This document shows positions 22,749-33,130 of a stretch of 51,131 nt of DNA, in pieces; position 1 is the first letter of the stretch; each line of letters opens with the position of its first letter. The notes beneath the pieces were generated by a model. The model saw only the letters and a list, made by a program, of their open reading frames with translations. It did not search any database and had not been told where the DNA came from. Position numbers and translations under genes: made by a program. Source of the DNA: an uncultured Candidatus Saccharibacteria bacterium (lineage in GTDB: Bacteria > Patescibacteriota > Andersenbacteria > UBA10190); assembly GCA_964373855.1 (NCBI GenBank), contig CAYJWL010000001.1, positions 1 through 51,131 of the forward strand, read 5' to 3'.

Positions 22749-24178
22749 GTGTTTTTAACTTGAAGGATGATAACGCTGTCGTTTTTATAAACAGCCGGAA
22801 ATATTTCCATGCCCGCTGGAAATTGCTCGGTGGGCTTCTCCCGATGTCCGAACAGAATAACATGCGTATATGGTGTTGCGAGCAAAAAGGTTGGCAGCTG
22901 TGCGGTTGTCAGATGCCAGAGCGGATCAGTAGCCGGCAGACCCTGCCAGCTATGCTTACTCAAAATCGGGATCCATTCGCTATGCCGATTAGCTCGGCTG
23001 GAGGCAACAACTTGTGGGACGGCATAGTTTTTTTCCAGCCACTCGATGGCGGCAAGCTCATCAGGATGGATTCTCGCATATTTCGGTGGAGATTCATAGA
23101 AATTATAAATTCGCGCATTCTCATTCCAGGCTGCCAGACTCAATGACACGAATAGAGCGATCACAACGGCCACTCGTACGCTCCGCTTGGGGAACAAGAC
23201 CGTCGTCAGCCAGGGAAAAGCAGCTGCCGCCAGCGCTGTTGTAGCGATCGCAAAATAGGTCGAGAACCGGCCAGTGAGTACACCAATGCCAAGTAGATGG
23301 TTATTGGCAAGCAGCCAGGCGAGGAATGAGAAGCTGAATAATCCAATAATGAGCGGCGAGCGGTTTAGTAGATATTTTTTTGCCAGAACTACGAGGCCGG
23401 CCGGGCTTATGAGTAAGAAAAAACCAAATGGCATTTTAATGAAATCTGCCAGAGGCAGTTGGCTCGTACTGTACGCATCAGAGTAGAACAAGGCTCCTTT
23501 CACTCTCCAGACGATTACTGCCACAAGCGTCAAGGTAATCACCCCTGTTATAATTATTGGAATTCTTGCCGGCCAAGGTAGCGTCTTCTGATGCTTGCCA
23601 GAGACAGCCGCGAATGTCAGAGTTGCGACTGCAGCTAGTATGATGCCAGTTAAGGGATGAAGAAAAAACGTGAGTGTCAGCAGCAGCCAAAGCCAATATT
23701 TCCGGCTGTCGAATAATGAGATCATTACAATCGCCGGACTTAGGCTGAGGAGCTGGGCCAGCGTGCCGGACTCGACGTGGCTTGTGATTTTTGTGAATGC
23801 AAAGGGCCAGATCGCGATAGCGGCGGCAGCGGCCGGCCACCCGGCCAGACGCCAAAGCAGACGGGCGAGCGATATGACCACAAGCGTATGGCCCGCCACT
23901 ATCCACCATGTGAAGCGCTCTGGCCAGCTTAGTGGAAGAAGCTTACTTAATCCAAATAGTGCAGTAGCAGCCGGGTACGAGGAATTGAATGCGAGTGTAT
24001 ACAGACCCGTCGTCCATGATTGTTGGGCGCTCTTGGTAACTTGCTTGACATCAGCAATGTACCGCGTCGCATCCCCGCCTATAGGCCAAGTTGTTTGGAG
24101 GGGGTACTGGAGCATCAATCCGGCTGCCACCATGATTGCCAGCGATATCCCGGCCGTCATTTTAAGGCGTTCAGTCAT
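22745..24178 (-). CDS. polytopic membrane protein with C-terminal soluble domain, family not recognised (possible polymerase or GT-C-like)
   Basis: 477 aa. About 10 TM helices are followed by WNENARIYNFYESPPKYARIHPDELAAIEWLEKNY... Confidence 0.55.
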   Translation of the reverse strand: MTERLKMTAGISLAIMVAAGLMLQYPLQTTWPIGGDATRYIADVKQVTKSAQQSWTTGLYTLAFNSSYPAATALFGLSKLLPLSWPERFTWWIVAGHTLVVISLARLLWRLAGWPAAAAAIAIWPFAFTKITSHVESGTLAQLLSLSPAIVMISLFDSRKYWLWLLLTLTFFLHPLTGIILAAVATLTFAAVSGKHQKTLPWPARIPIIITGVITLTLVAVIVWRVKGALFYSDAYSTSQLPLADFIKMPFGFFLLISPAGLVVLAKKYLLNRSPLIIGLFSFSFLAWLLANNHLLGIGVLTGRFSTYFAIATTALAAAAFPWLTTVLFPKRSVRVAVVIALFVSLSLAAWNENARIYNFYESPPKYARIHPDELAAIEWLEKNYAVPQVVASSRANRHSEWIPILSKHSWQGLPATDPLWHLTTAQLPTFLLATPYTHVILFGHREKPTEQFPAGMEIFPAVYKNDSVIILQVKNT

Positions 24179-24260
24179 ATAAGACCATGCCTTAACGATA
24201 CCATGTCTTCATCGAGTTGATCCTCCGCCCGGATCATATATACTGTCACGTTATTCAGTT

Positions 24261-25211
24261 ATGGCTAAATACCTTGTCACGGGCGGAGCGGGATTTATCG
24301 GCAGCAATGTTGCCCGGGAGCTATTGCGGCGCGGGCATTATGTGCGAATTATTGATAATCTTTCCACCGGCCAACTGCGTAATCTGGAGGGCATTCAAGC
24401 CCAAGTTGACTTCAGGCGGGGAGATATTACCTCTATCCCGGATATAAGAAAGGCGAGCCGCGGCATGGATTTTATTCTTCATCAGGCGGCCGTTCGTTCC
24501 ATCAGGCGTTCGGTTGAGCAGCCAAGAATCACACATCGGGTTAACACGACCGGAACTCTAAATGTTCTCCTGGCGGCTCGGGATGCGGGCGTACGCCGTG
24601 TCGTCTTCGCCTCATCCTCTTCGGTGTATGGTCTTAAGGGCGGCGGCCGAAACGTGGAAACGCAGCCGACCGAGCCGCAATCGCCGTATGCCGTCACCAA
24701 ATTACTTGGCGAGCATTATTGCCGGGTATTTTTCCAGGTATATGGTCTGCCAACAGTGATCCTGCGCTATTTTAACGTTTTCGGCCCGTACCAGGATCCA
24801 CAGTCAAAGTACGCCGCCGTTATTCCAATTTTGGTTAGCCGCACGCTCGCGGGCAAGCCGCTGTTTATCGAGTGGCACGGACAACAGAGCCGGGATTTTA
24901 CCTATGTGGATAATGTGGTCCAGGCAAATATTAAGGCTACAACCAGTAATCGAGTACGTTTTGGGCAATTATATAACATCGGCAGCGGTCAGAATACATC
25001 CATCAACACGTTACGGCGCCTGATTCAGGCTAATGTCGGGATTCGCACTCCGGTTGTACATCGGGCAAAACGGTCCGGGGACATATATAAAACCCACGCC
25101 AATATCAATCGCGCGCGACGCGAGCTCGGATATAAGCCAGCGGTAAGATTTGAGGCAGGACTCGTGAAGTATATTGACTGGTACAAGAAAAACAGGCAGC
25201 AGGCACGATGA
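24261..25211 (+). CDS. SDR NAD-dependent sugar-nucleotide 4-epimerase-like protein
   Basis: VTGGAGFIGSN, SSSSVYG and YAVTKLLGE (YxxxK) motifs are present. Length is 316 aa. Confidence 0.75.
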   Translation: MAKYLVTGGAGFIGSNVARELLRRGHYVRIIDNLSTGQLRNLEGIQAQVDFRRGDITSIPDIRKASRGMDFILHQAAVRSIRRSVEQPRITHRVNTTGTLNVLLAARDAGVRRVVFASSSSVYGLKGGGRNVETQPTEPQSPYAVTKLLGEHYCRVFFQVYGLPTVILRYFNVFGPYQDPQSKYAAVIPILVSRTLAGKPLFIEWHGQQSRDFTYVDNVVQANIKATTSNRVRFGQLYNIGSGQNTSINTLRRLIQANVGIRTPVVHRAKRSGDIYKTHANINRARRELGYKPAVRFEAGLVKYIDWYKKNRQQAR

Positions 25212-25220
25212 TAAATTTCT

Positions 25221-26384
25221 CTACTGGGTGAGTATCTGAAAAATTTTCTCATACTGCCTGACCGCAGTGGCCCATTTGAATTTGCGCAGCACCTGTTGGC
25301 GGGCGTTTTGCCCCAACTGTCTGCGTTTTGCCGGATGAGCCAGCAAATCATCAATGAGCACGGCCAGGTGATTGATATCGTTTGGAGCGAACAGCAAGCC
25401 GCTGAATTTGTCCGTAATTATCTCGCTCGTCCCGCCCACGTCAGTGGCAATAATCGCTTTGGCACACGCGGCTGCTTCTAGCAGCGAGGATGGCAGCCCT
25501 TCGGTGTAACTTGGGTTTACAACAATATCGGCAGTTTTCATAAGAGAGACGGTTGCCTGCCAGTCCTTGGGTCCCAACAACAGGATTGTGTCGCGCAGGG
25601 CGCGTTGAGCGATCAACCTCTCGACTTCTTCTTTTCGTGGTCCGGTTCCGACGATAAGCAATATAGCTTGGCTGTGATCACAATGTTGCCAAGCGCGAAT
25701 GAGATCGGGCAGGCCTTTGCCGTCAATTAAGCGCCCGGCATATAAAATAATTGTCTTGTCGGCGAATGTTAACCGGGTTCTGGCATCCGGTACAATGTTG
25801 TTGATTGCATTGTACTCTAGACCGCGATAGATTACTGCCTGACACCTTCGACCGGATAAGTTCTCAACAAACGCGGCGGCGGCTTTTGACACGGCGACGA
25901 CGTCATCGGCCTGGCGCAGGACCAGGCCACCGATGGTCCGATCGTAGTGGCGGGCAATAAGTCTGTGCCATGGGTTGTTCAAATAGACATAGTCTGACCC
26001 ATGTTCGATGTGCAGCCAGGGTGTTCTTTGCAGGCGGGCCAGGGCGAGGGCCAGCAGTGATGAGGCAAAGAAACGTGTCCGAGAGAGAATCAGATCCGGC
26101 TGGAAGAGAAGGGCAAGGTGGAATATGCGCCAGAATCGTCCGCTCCACAGTCGCGGGATGTGGTAATTTGGGATCACTTCCCACGCGGGGTAGCGATATA
26201 CAGTAAGGTTATGCTGCTGCGTCTTAAACTCGCCGCCGGCAGATGTTATCGGTGTCAACACAGTGATACGGTAGCCGGCTTCAGCCAAAGCTTTGTTAAA
26301 TTGATCTGCATGATTTTCCAGCCCGCCGGCGTGAGGCGGGTAGAGCGGTGATAATACCAGAAGGCGGGTGACTACTCTTTTCAT
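25221..26384 (-). CDS. GT4 family (GT-B) glycosyltransferase
   Basis: C-terminal motif YTEGLPSSLLEAAACAKAIIATDVGGTSEII. The N-terminus is LVLSPLYPPHAGGLENH. Confidence 0.75.
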   Translation of the reverse strand: MKRVVTRLLVLSPLYPPHAGGLENHADQFNKALAEAGYRITVLTPITSAGGEFKTQQHNLTVYRYPAWEVIPNYHIPRLWSGRFWRIFHLALLFQPDLILSRTRFFASSLLALALARLQRTPWLHIEHGSDYVYLNNPWHRLIARHYDRTIGGLVLRQADDVVAVSKAAAAFVENLSGRRCQAVIYRGLEYNAINNIVPDARTRLTFADKTIILYAGRLIDGKGLPDLIRAWQHCDHSQAILLIVGTGPRKEEVERLIAQRALRDTILLLGPKDWQATVSLMKTADIVVNPSYTEGLPSSLLEAAACAKAIIATDVGGTSEIITDKFSGLLFAPNDINHLAVLIDDLLAHPAKRRQLGQNARQQVLRKFKWATAVRQYEKIFQILTQ

Positions 26385-26442
26385 TGGTAAATGCGCTACT
26401 GTATGCTAAATGCATTGTGTTGAAGTGTCTACCCGTTATCTT

Positions 26443-27168
26443 ATGAGCAGTAATCTCTGTGTGATAATGCCAGCCTATAATGAAGCAGCTTCCGTAGCCC
26501 GCGTCATTGGCAATGTGCAGCAGTCTCTTCCGGGCGTGCCGGTTGTTGTTATTAACGATGGATCGCGCGATGCGACGGCCAAGGCGGCACGAGGCGCCGG
26601 CGCCATAGTTCTGGACGTGCCTTTCAATTTGGGTATTGGGGGGGCAGTTCAGACTGGCTTTATGTACGCCTATCGCAATGGGTATGAGGCCGCGATTGAG
26701 ATTGATGCTGACGGGCAACATGATCCCAGATTTGCTCCGCGCCTGGTTGAGGAGCTGGAGAAATCCAACGGTACGCTTGATATGGTCATTGGCAGCCGCT
26801 TTGTGGCTGATCGTCTTTATCGATCATCTCCGCTGCGCTGGTTTGGCATTCATGTCTTTTCCTGGCTCATCAGGATGGTGACCAGACGCTATATTTACGA
26901 TTCTACGTCGGGGTTTCGCATCTATAGCCGGCGGGCGCTTGCCTTCCTCTCCCAGCAATATCCCCCCGATTTTCCCGAACCAGAGTCGATTGTTATGCTC
27001 CTCAATTCCGGGTATGGCATCGGCGAGGTCCCGGTTACCATGAGTCATCGACAGACGGGCCAGTCGGTAGTGGGGCGTGATTTGAGTTTCAAGGCTTTGT
27101 ATTTTGTCCTCTCTAATGCCATCGCTATTCTGATCAGCGGGTTTAAAGCACATCGCCAGCATGTTTAG
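26443..27168 (+). CDS. GT2 family glycosyltransferase, polyprenol-phosphate sugar synthase (GtrB/DPM1)-like
   Basis: CVIMPAYNEA...VVVINDGSRDAT...EIDADGQHDP motifs are present. The ATG at 26443 is preferred over the track start at 26410. Confidence 0.75.
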   Translation: MSSNLCVIMPAYNEAASVARVIGNVQQSLPGVPVVVINDGSRDATAKAARGAGAIVLDVPFNLGIGGAVQTGFMYAYRNGYEAAIEIDADGQHDPRFAPRLVEELEKSNGTLDMVIGSRFVADRLYRSSPLRWFGIHVFSWLIRMVTRRYIYDSTSGFRIYSRRALAFLSQQYPPDFPEPESIVMLLNSGYGIGEVPVTMSHRQTGQSVVGRDLSFKALYFVLSNAIAILISGFKAHRQHV

Positions 27169-27625
27169 CATTATTGCCACCACCATTCCGCCGCGGATTC
27201 AAGCGCTTGCCATCGCCGGCAGCTTGATACTGCTTTGGATCGTTGTGAATCTGATGCGCCGGGAAAAATTGAAAGAGGGCTATTCCATCATTTGGTTTTT
27301 AGTGGGTTTGTCGTTAGTTGTTTTTTCGGCCTTCACGCGGCTGCTGGATATGCTGGCGCAGGCGGTTGGCATTTCGTATTCTCCAGCGGCCTTGTTTCTG
27401 ATACTGACCAGCGGGCTCTTTTTGCTAGCCCTTCATTTTTCTGTGCTGATCTCAAAGCATGATCAGCGCATCCGTTACTTAGCCCAGGAGAATGCGCTCC
27501 TTAAAAACAAAATCAGCACTTTAGCGGCCAAGGAGCCAGGAGAAAAGCCGGCACCTACCAAGCGGCTGGAGAATGACACAGCAGCACCTGTCCTTGCCAA
27601 AGCCAAGGAGCGGTCCTATGTCTAA
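27161..27625 (+). CDS. DUF2304-like small membrane protein
   Basis: MRREKLKEGYSIIWFLVGLSLVV...LHFSVLISKHDQRIRYLAQENALLK matches the pattern I associate with DUF2304 proteins that follow GT2 genes. It overlaps both neighbours by 8 nt. Confidence 0.6.
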   Translation: MFSIIATTIPPRIQALAIAGSLILLWIVVNLMRREKLKEGYSIIWFLVGLSLVVFSAFTRLLDMLAQAVGISYSPAALFLILTSGLFLLALHFSVLISKHDQRIRYLAQENALLKNKISTLAAKEPGEKPAPTKRLENDTAAPVLAKAKERSYV

Positions 27626-28619
27626 GGTACTTATAACCGGCGGCGCTGGCTTTATCGGTTCGCACTTAGCTGAATATTGTTTGCGTCAAGGTGATGAAGT
27701 GTATATTATCGACGACTTGTCGACCGGATCAATAGACAATATTGAATCAATTATTCAGGATCCGAGCGTTCATTTCATGCACGACACAATTCTTAACAAG
27801 GAGGCTGTCCGTCAGGCCACAGATGTCTCGGATCGGATCTATCATTTAGCAGCTTCGGTCGGTGTCACGCTCATCATCAATAACCTGGTGCGCTCAATTG
27901 AGAACAATGTCCAAGGCACGGAAACTGTGCTGGCCGCGGCGGATCCGGCACGGCATAAAATTTTGCTGGCCTCCTCATCAGAAGTGTATGGCCGCAGCAG
28001 CCACGAACCTTTCCGCGAAGAAGATGACTTAAGAATGGGCGCCACGTTAAGCACACGATGGTCCTATGCTTGCTCTAAAGCCTTAGATGAGTACTTAGGG
28101 TTTGCCTATTGGCACGAACGAGGCTTGCCTGTCACCGTCGCTCGCCTCTTTAATACAATTGGCGAGAGACAAAGTGAGGCGTACGGTATGGTTTTACCGC
28201 GGTTTATTACCCAGGCGCTGGCAAACAAGCCGCTGACTGTATACGGCGATGGTGAGCAAACGAGGTGTTTTTGTCACGTGGGGGATGTGGTGCCGGCTCT
28301 CTACCAAATAATGGAGAGCGATAAAACTGTTGGTGAGGTGTATAACATCGGCAGCAACCAGGAAATTTCTATCAATACTTTAGCCGACCGGGTGATTGCA
28401 CGGCTCCGCAGCCGGAGCCTGCCAGAGCATGTGGCCTATGACAAGGTTTACAAAGTTGGTTTTGATGATATTGACCGACGCGTGCCTAACATTAAAAAAC
28501 TGCAGGATCTTATTGGTTTTACTCCTCGATATACGATTGATGACATTATTGATCGGGTGACAGCCGATATTAAAGCCAAGCAAGCCGGTGCCCAGGTTGC
28601 GCTGCCGCAATCATCATAA
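27618..28619 (+). CDS. SDR NAD-dependent sugar-nucleotide epimerase/dehydratase
   Basis: The protein begins MSKVLITGGAGFIGSH from the ATG at 27618, which is preceded by AAGGAG (27605-27610). SSSEVYG and YACSKALDE motifs are present. Confidence 0.7.
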   Translation: MSKVLITGGAGFIGSHLAEYCLRQGDEVYIIDDLSTGSIDNIESIIQDPSVHFMHDTILNKEAVRQATDVSDRIYHLAASVGVTLIINNLVRSIENNVQGTETVLAAADPARHKILLASSSEVYGRSSHEPFREEDDLRMGATLSTRWSYACSKALDEYLGFAYWHERGLPVTVARLFNTIGERQSEAYGMVLPRFITQALANKPLTVYGDGEQTRCFCHVGDVVPALYQIMESDKTVGEVYNIGSNQEISINTLADRVIARLRSRSLPEHVAYDKVYKVGFDDIDRRVPNIKKLQDLIGFTPRYTIDDIIDRVTADIKAKQAGAQVALPQSS

Positions 28620-28630
28620 CAACTGAACTA

Positions 28631-30727
28631 TTGAAGTTAATAGCAAAGATGCAGTCCCTATGTAAGCGCCACGCGGTTGTGGCCGTGTTGTACGTCCTGC
28701 TGACTGTGGTCATGACATGGCCAGCCACTGTCAATCTTGGCAACTCGGTTATCGGGAGCGGTGGTGACCCGTGGCAGTCTATGTGGCGGTTTGAGCAAAA
28801 GTCCTCCGAGATAGCCCGAGCCGCAGCCAATGGTCAGCTGTCTTCATATATACGTCACGAACTGTGGGGAGGCGGGGAGGCCCGGCTTGTCAATATTTCC
28901 GTATGGCCATGGATGCCCCTGCACTGGGCTCTTGGGCAACCGCTGACGTATAACATCGTGTGGCTGTTGTCGTTTGTTATGTCAGGCTTGGCTGTGTATG
29001 CTCTCATGACTCATTTGCTGCCAGCGCCGACACACGAATTACCGGCAACACATAGTATTATATTTGGCTCGGGTCCGTTCCTGGCGGGCTTATTCTACAT
29101 GTTTCTGCCTTTTCATGTGGCGCATTCTGGCGGACACTTCGGCGCAATGCAGGTTCAGTGGCTGCCGCTTATCATCCTTCTCCTTTTTTTGAGTGTTCGT
29201 CGGCTGTCATGGTGGACAACAGTATCTCTGGCTCTGATTACTATTATCCAGTTCTGGACAGAGCATCATTATGCGCTCTGGCTGGCAATTTTCAGCCTGG
29301 TGTTTTTGGTTTGGTATCGTCAAGAAGTCCGCCGGATCATCGCGCAACGACGTTCCTGGATGTACGTCTCCGTTTTCTTGGCTCTGATTGTCTCATTTGG
29401 CGCCATGCCGTATTGGCCAACGCTGCGACTGGCTTGGCAGCAGCATACCCCGCTTGAGCTCGGTCGGGATCAACTTGTCCGTTTTTCCGCTGATCTTTCT
29501 GCCTTTTTTGTTCCGAGCCCATTTCATTCACTGTGGGGCAATATCACGAATGAACTTTTTTCACGCCATTTTACAGGGAATTCGGCCGAGGCCACGCAGT
29601 ATCTGGGCATAATCCCTTTACTCTTGATTGTTTTTTTTCACCAGAAAGTTCCGTCCCGACCCAGAACATTCTGGGCCGCCGTGTTTATTATTTTCTTTGT
29701 CATAAGCCTCGGACCACAGCTCCATATGATCGGCTACGTTCTGCCGGTTTATCTGCCTTTTGATCTCTTTGATCAACTGCCAATTTTCAGTTCGGTCCGG
29801 ACGGTGGCGCGCGCGGGAGTAATGGTTGGGCTGGCGGCCGCGATATTGTTTGGCTGGGTCATCTCTTCCCAAGTGCGCCGGCCGGCAAATGTTGTCCTGG
29901 TGGCACTGCTTGTGCTGATCGACTTTGTCTGGCTGCCTGTGCCCGTTCAGCCGGTGCAGCCAAGCCCAGCCTATGCTTTTTTAGAACAGCAAAGTGGCAG
30001 CCGTGTGATTGAAATTCCCGCGGCGACCAATTATACGATTGCTTCGCGCGCACTTTATGCCAGTGGGCAGCACAGAAAGGAAGTTCTTGGAAATATCGCC
30101 TTGGAGCGAGCGGAAGGAAGCGAGGCGCATCAGATAGTCAAGAGCGTGCCGGGAGTGCGGCAGCTGCTTTATGTGCGCACCAGAGAGCTGCGCGAGCGTC
30201 GGACGGAATTTTTTGGTCAAGACGTAGTAGAAACGCTACCTGATGCTCTGCGCTGGCTGGACGTTGCCGCAGTTATCATTCATACAGACTCTCTGGCTGC
30301 CAGCCAGTTACGCTCGATTCGAGGATTGGTGGAGGACGCCGGCCTGATCCGCCATAGTTTTGATGACGTCGAGGTATATACGGCAAGTCCGAGAGGTGTG
30401 TCGACCGATGGGATATTTCTCATGCGGGGGGAGGGCTGGGCCAACGTTAGCTTCGATAGTAGCCGAAGCAGTGTTTTTGCCGAAATCGGGGATGAGGCCA
30501 GTGTAACCATACTCAATCTAAACAATAATCCGGCGGACATCACCCTTCAATTCGGTCAGCCGCCGGAAACGACAGCGGGCGGTGAAGTTATTTTCAATAA
30601 TACGGTTATCACTATGTGGCCCGCCGAGCAAAATAAAGTGTCGGTAGATTTGACATTAGCGCCCGGGGAAAATCGGGTCATTTTCGTTCTGGACCGGGCG
30701 GGAAAAGTGTTCTGCAGAACCCCTTAA
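28631..30727 (+). CDS. large polytopic membrane protein (GT-C-like candidate), family not recognised
   Basis: About 690 aa. The start is TTG at 28631 or ATG at 28649. The N-terminus reads TWPATVNLGNSVIGSGGDPWQSMW, followed by more than 10 TM helices and a C-terminal soluble domain of about 200 aa. Confidence 0.55.
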   Translation: MKLIAKMQSLCKRHAVVAVLYVLLTVVMTWPATVNLGNSVIGSGGDPWQSMWRFEQKSSEIARAAANGQLSSYIRHELWGGGEARLVNISVWPWMPLHWALGQPLTYNIVWLLSFVMSGLAVYALMTHLLPAPTHELPATHSIIFGSGPFLAGLFYMFLPFHVAHSGGHFGAMQVQWLPLIILLLFLSVRRLSWWTTVSLALITIIQFWTEHHYALWLAIFSLVFLVWYRQEVRRIIAQRRSWMYVSVFLALIVSFGAMPYWPTLRLAWQQHTPLELGRDQLVRFSADLSAFFVPSPFHSLWGNITNELFSRHFTGNSAEATQYLGIIPLLLIVFFHQKVPSRPRTFWAAVFIIFFVISLGPQLHMIGYVLPVYLPFDLFDQLPIFSSVRTVARAGVMVGLAAAILFGWVISSQVRRPANVVLVALLVLIDFVWLPVPVQPVQPSPAYAFLEQQSGSRVIEIPAATNYTIASRALYASGQHRKEVLGNIALERAEGSEAHQIVKSVPGVRQLLYVRTRELRERRTEFFGQDVVETLPDALRWLDVAAVIIHTDSLAASQLRSIRGLVEDAGLIRHSFDDVEVYTASPRGVSTDGIFLMRGEGWANVSFDSSRSSVFAEIGDEASVTILNLNNNPADITLQFGQPPETTAGGEVIFNNTVITMWPAEQNKVSVDLTLAPGENRVIFVLDRAGKVFCRTP

Positions 30728-30825
30728 TGATTGCCCAACCCGTCTTAGAGTAAGGTCCAACCAAAAAATTGACGATCTGTGCAAACTAGCGTACAGAATA
30801 TGCGATCCCTTATAAGACATGTATT

Positions 30826-31971
30826 GTGAATATTCTTATTATCAATTTTGAATACCCGCCTCTGGGCGGAGGCGGGGGCGTTGCTACACAACATTTGGCC
30901 ATAGCCCTGGCAAAAAACCATACTGTCCATGTGCTGACTTCGGCTTTTCCAGGTCTGCCGCAGGATGTGGACAATCATGGAGTGAAAGTGCACCGCTGTC
31001 GCGTTCTGGGAAGAAAGCAAATGCCGACTGCCTCAATCCTTTCCATGGCAAGTTTTGTGATCTCGTCACTGGTAGTCGGATGGCGCCTGTGCCGCGCCCA
31101 TTCCTTTGCTGTTATCAATGCACAATTTGTTCTGCCCAGTGGCCTGTCTGCAGCGGTGTTAGCTCATATGTGGCGTGTGCCGTTCGTCCTAAGTTTTATC
31201 GGCGGAGACATTTATGATCCCACCAAGGGAATTTCACCCCACCGACACTGGTGGCTGCGGAGCACTATTCGCGCGCTGGCGGCGCACGCCACAGTTTGCA
31301 CAGCAATATCAGAGGACACCAAGAAGCGGGCGCGGCAACTCCATGGGGTAAAGCAAGAGATCATTGTGACTCATATTGGCTATGTACCGCTCCTTGTGCC
31401 CCCCGCCTCCAGAACCGAGTTAGGTTTACCGGAACATGTTCTCATTGCAACCTCAATTGGCCGTCTCATTCCCCGTAAAGGCTTTGATTTGCTGCTGGCG
31501 GCTTGGACAGAAATTCCGGTGGCGCATCTGGTTATTATAGGTGAAGGGCCGGAGGCAGCAGCTTTAAAGGCTCAAGCCGCACAATTAGGCCTGCGTGCTA
31601 GAGTGCATTTTATGGGGTATGTGTCAGAAGAGCGGAAGCGCCAGATGCTTCGTGCCTCGGATCTATATGTCTCATCAGCCCGCCATGAAGGATTCGGGAT
31701 TGTTTTTCTCGAGGCGATGGATGCCGGTCTGCCTATAGTTGCTCCCGTTGATGGCGGGCAAGCGGACTTTCTGACAGAGGGAAAAAATGCGCTGTTGGCC
31801 TCCCCTCAAGACCTGGTCGCGCTTGGTACAGCCATATCGCGTCTGCTCAATAATCCATTGTTGCGACGCCATATGGCAAAGCAGAATCGAGTGCTCGTAA
31901 AGAGGTTTGCTATTGAAAGAACGGCGCAGAAGTTCGAGCAGGTGCTGAACAACGCCCGGCTGGCAACGTAA
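30826..31971 (+). CDS. GT4 family glycosyltransferase
   Basis: GTG start. Contains NILIINFEYPPLGGGGGVA and HEGFGIVFLEAMDAGLPIVA. Confidence 0.75.
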   Translation: MNILIINFEYPPLGGGGGVATQHLAIALAKNHTVHVLTSAFPGLPQDVDNHGVKVHRCRVLGRKQMPTASILSMASFVISSLVVGWRLCRAHSFAVINAQFVLPSGLSAAVLAHMWRVPFVLSFIGGDIYDPTKGISPHRHWWLRSTIRALAAHATVCTAISEDTKKRARQLHGVKQEIIVTHIGYVPLLVPPASRTELGLPEHVLIATSIGRLIPRKGFDLLLAAWTEIPVAHLVIIGEGPEAAALKAQAAQLGLRARVHFMGYVSEERKRQMLRASDLYVSSARHEGFGIVFLEAMDAGLPIVAPVDGGQADFLTEGKNALLASPQDLVALGTAISRLLNNPLLRRHMAKQNRVLVKRFAIERTAQKFEQVLNNARLAT

Positions 31972-31987
31972 TTTTCATGTCTTTCCG

Positions 31988-33130
31988 ATGCAGATTGTAT
32001 TAGAAGCGAGAGCTTTATCGGCCGCCGGCAGCGGCGTGCGGACGTATGTGGCAGAATTAATCAGGCACATATTGTTTAATAAAGAAAAGACCGGGTTTAC
32101 TTTGCTGTACGATGGTGAAAAATGCAGGGGCCTGTTCCCGGCGGCAGCTGAAGTTGTCATTCCGCTGCGCCATCCGTTACTGCTTAAACGCTGGCTGGAA
32201 CGAAACGTTACCAAAGAGATACGCCGCCTGCATCCCGATGTCGTGCATTTTACCAAGGCGGCTGTACCTGCCCGCACCTTAGCGCCTACCGTTGTTACGA
32301 TCTACGATCTTATCCCGCTGCTGCTGCCCCAGACGCAAACCCTATGGCGGCGCCGTTACTGGCGGCGGGCGCTTACGCACGCGGCGCGATTCAGCGATCA
32401 CATTGTAACTATTTCTAACGCCAGCCGGGAACATATCCTTCGTTATTTTGAGGTTGAACCTAACAAAATAACCGTAACGCCGCCGGCCGTTAACAGAGAC
32501 CATTTCCGGAGAATAACAGATGCGCGGCGCCTTACTGCCATGCGTCAAAAGTATGACATTGTCGGGCCTTATATCCTGTTTGTTGGCACTCGAGATTTGC
32601 GTAAAAATGTATCAGCCCTCATCCGGGCTTTTGGCCAAATAGCCGGCCAGTTTCCCCACAATCTGGTGATTGTTGGCGGCCAGGCTCACAAACGGGATAC
32701 CAGCCAGCGTCTGGTGCGGCAGCTCCACCTTGAGACCAGGGTTCGCATGGTTGGCTTTGTTCCGTATGAAGACTTGCCGAGTTTATTCTCCGCGGCGGAT
32801 CTATTCGTTTGGCCTTCTATTATTGAGGGTTGGGGCTTCCCGCCGCAGGAGGCCATGGCCTGTGGCACCCCGGTGATTGTGAGTAATGCCGAACCTTTAC
32901 CGGAAGTAGTTGGCGCCGCCGCGAGAATTGTTCCGTTCAGCACCCAGGACCTCGCACAGAGAATGAATGATCAAGACTTCATTAGCCGGTTAAGCCAGGA
33001 GATAACTGCTGTTCTGGCTGAGCCGGCGCTGCAGATGCACCTGCGCGAGGCGGGGTTAGCTCAAGTCAACAAATTTAGTTGGCAGGCAGTGGCGGACAAT
33101 ACGCTTGCAGTCTATCGGCAATTGCTATGA
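31988..33130 (+). CDS. GT4 family glycosyltransferase
   Basis: Contains EGWGFPPQEAMACGTPVIVSN and the C-terminus FSWQAVADNTLAVYRQLL. Confidence 0.75.
   Translation: MQIVLEARALSAAGSGVRTYVAELIRHILFNKEKTGFTLLYDGEKCRGLFPAAAEVVIPLRHPLLLKRWLERNVTKEIRRLHPDVVHFTKAAVPARTLAPTVVTIYDLIPLLLPQTQTLWRRRYWRRALTHAARFSDHIVTISNASREHILRYFEVEPNKITVTPPAVNRDHFRRITDARRLTAMRQKYDIVGPYILFVGTRDLRKNVSALIRAFGQIAGQFPHNLVIVGGQAHKRDTSQRLVRQLHLETRVRMVGFVPYEDLPSLFSAADLFVWPSIIEGWGFPPQEAMACGTPVIVSNAEPLPEVVGAAARIVPFSTQDLAQRMNDQDFISRLSQEITAVLAEPALQMHLREAGLAQVNKFSWQAVADNTLAVYRQLL

Noticed and set aside
23670-24182. Long antisense or alternate-frame ORFs inside large genes: 23670-24182(+), 23478-23909(-), 20253-20816(-), 6594-6977(+), 8131-8520(+), 4262-4603(-) and 48606-49061(-).
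   Set aside because: They lie entirely within much longer ORFs that have clear family signatures. Their translations are Arg/Ser/Cys/Pro-rich and not protein-like. They have no start signals.
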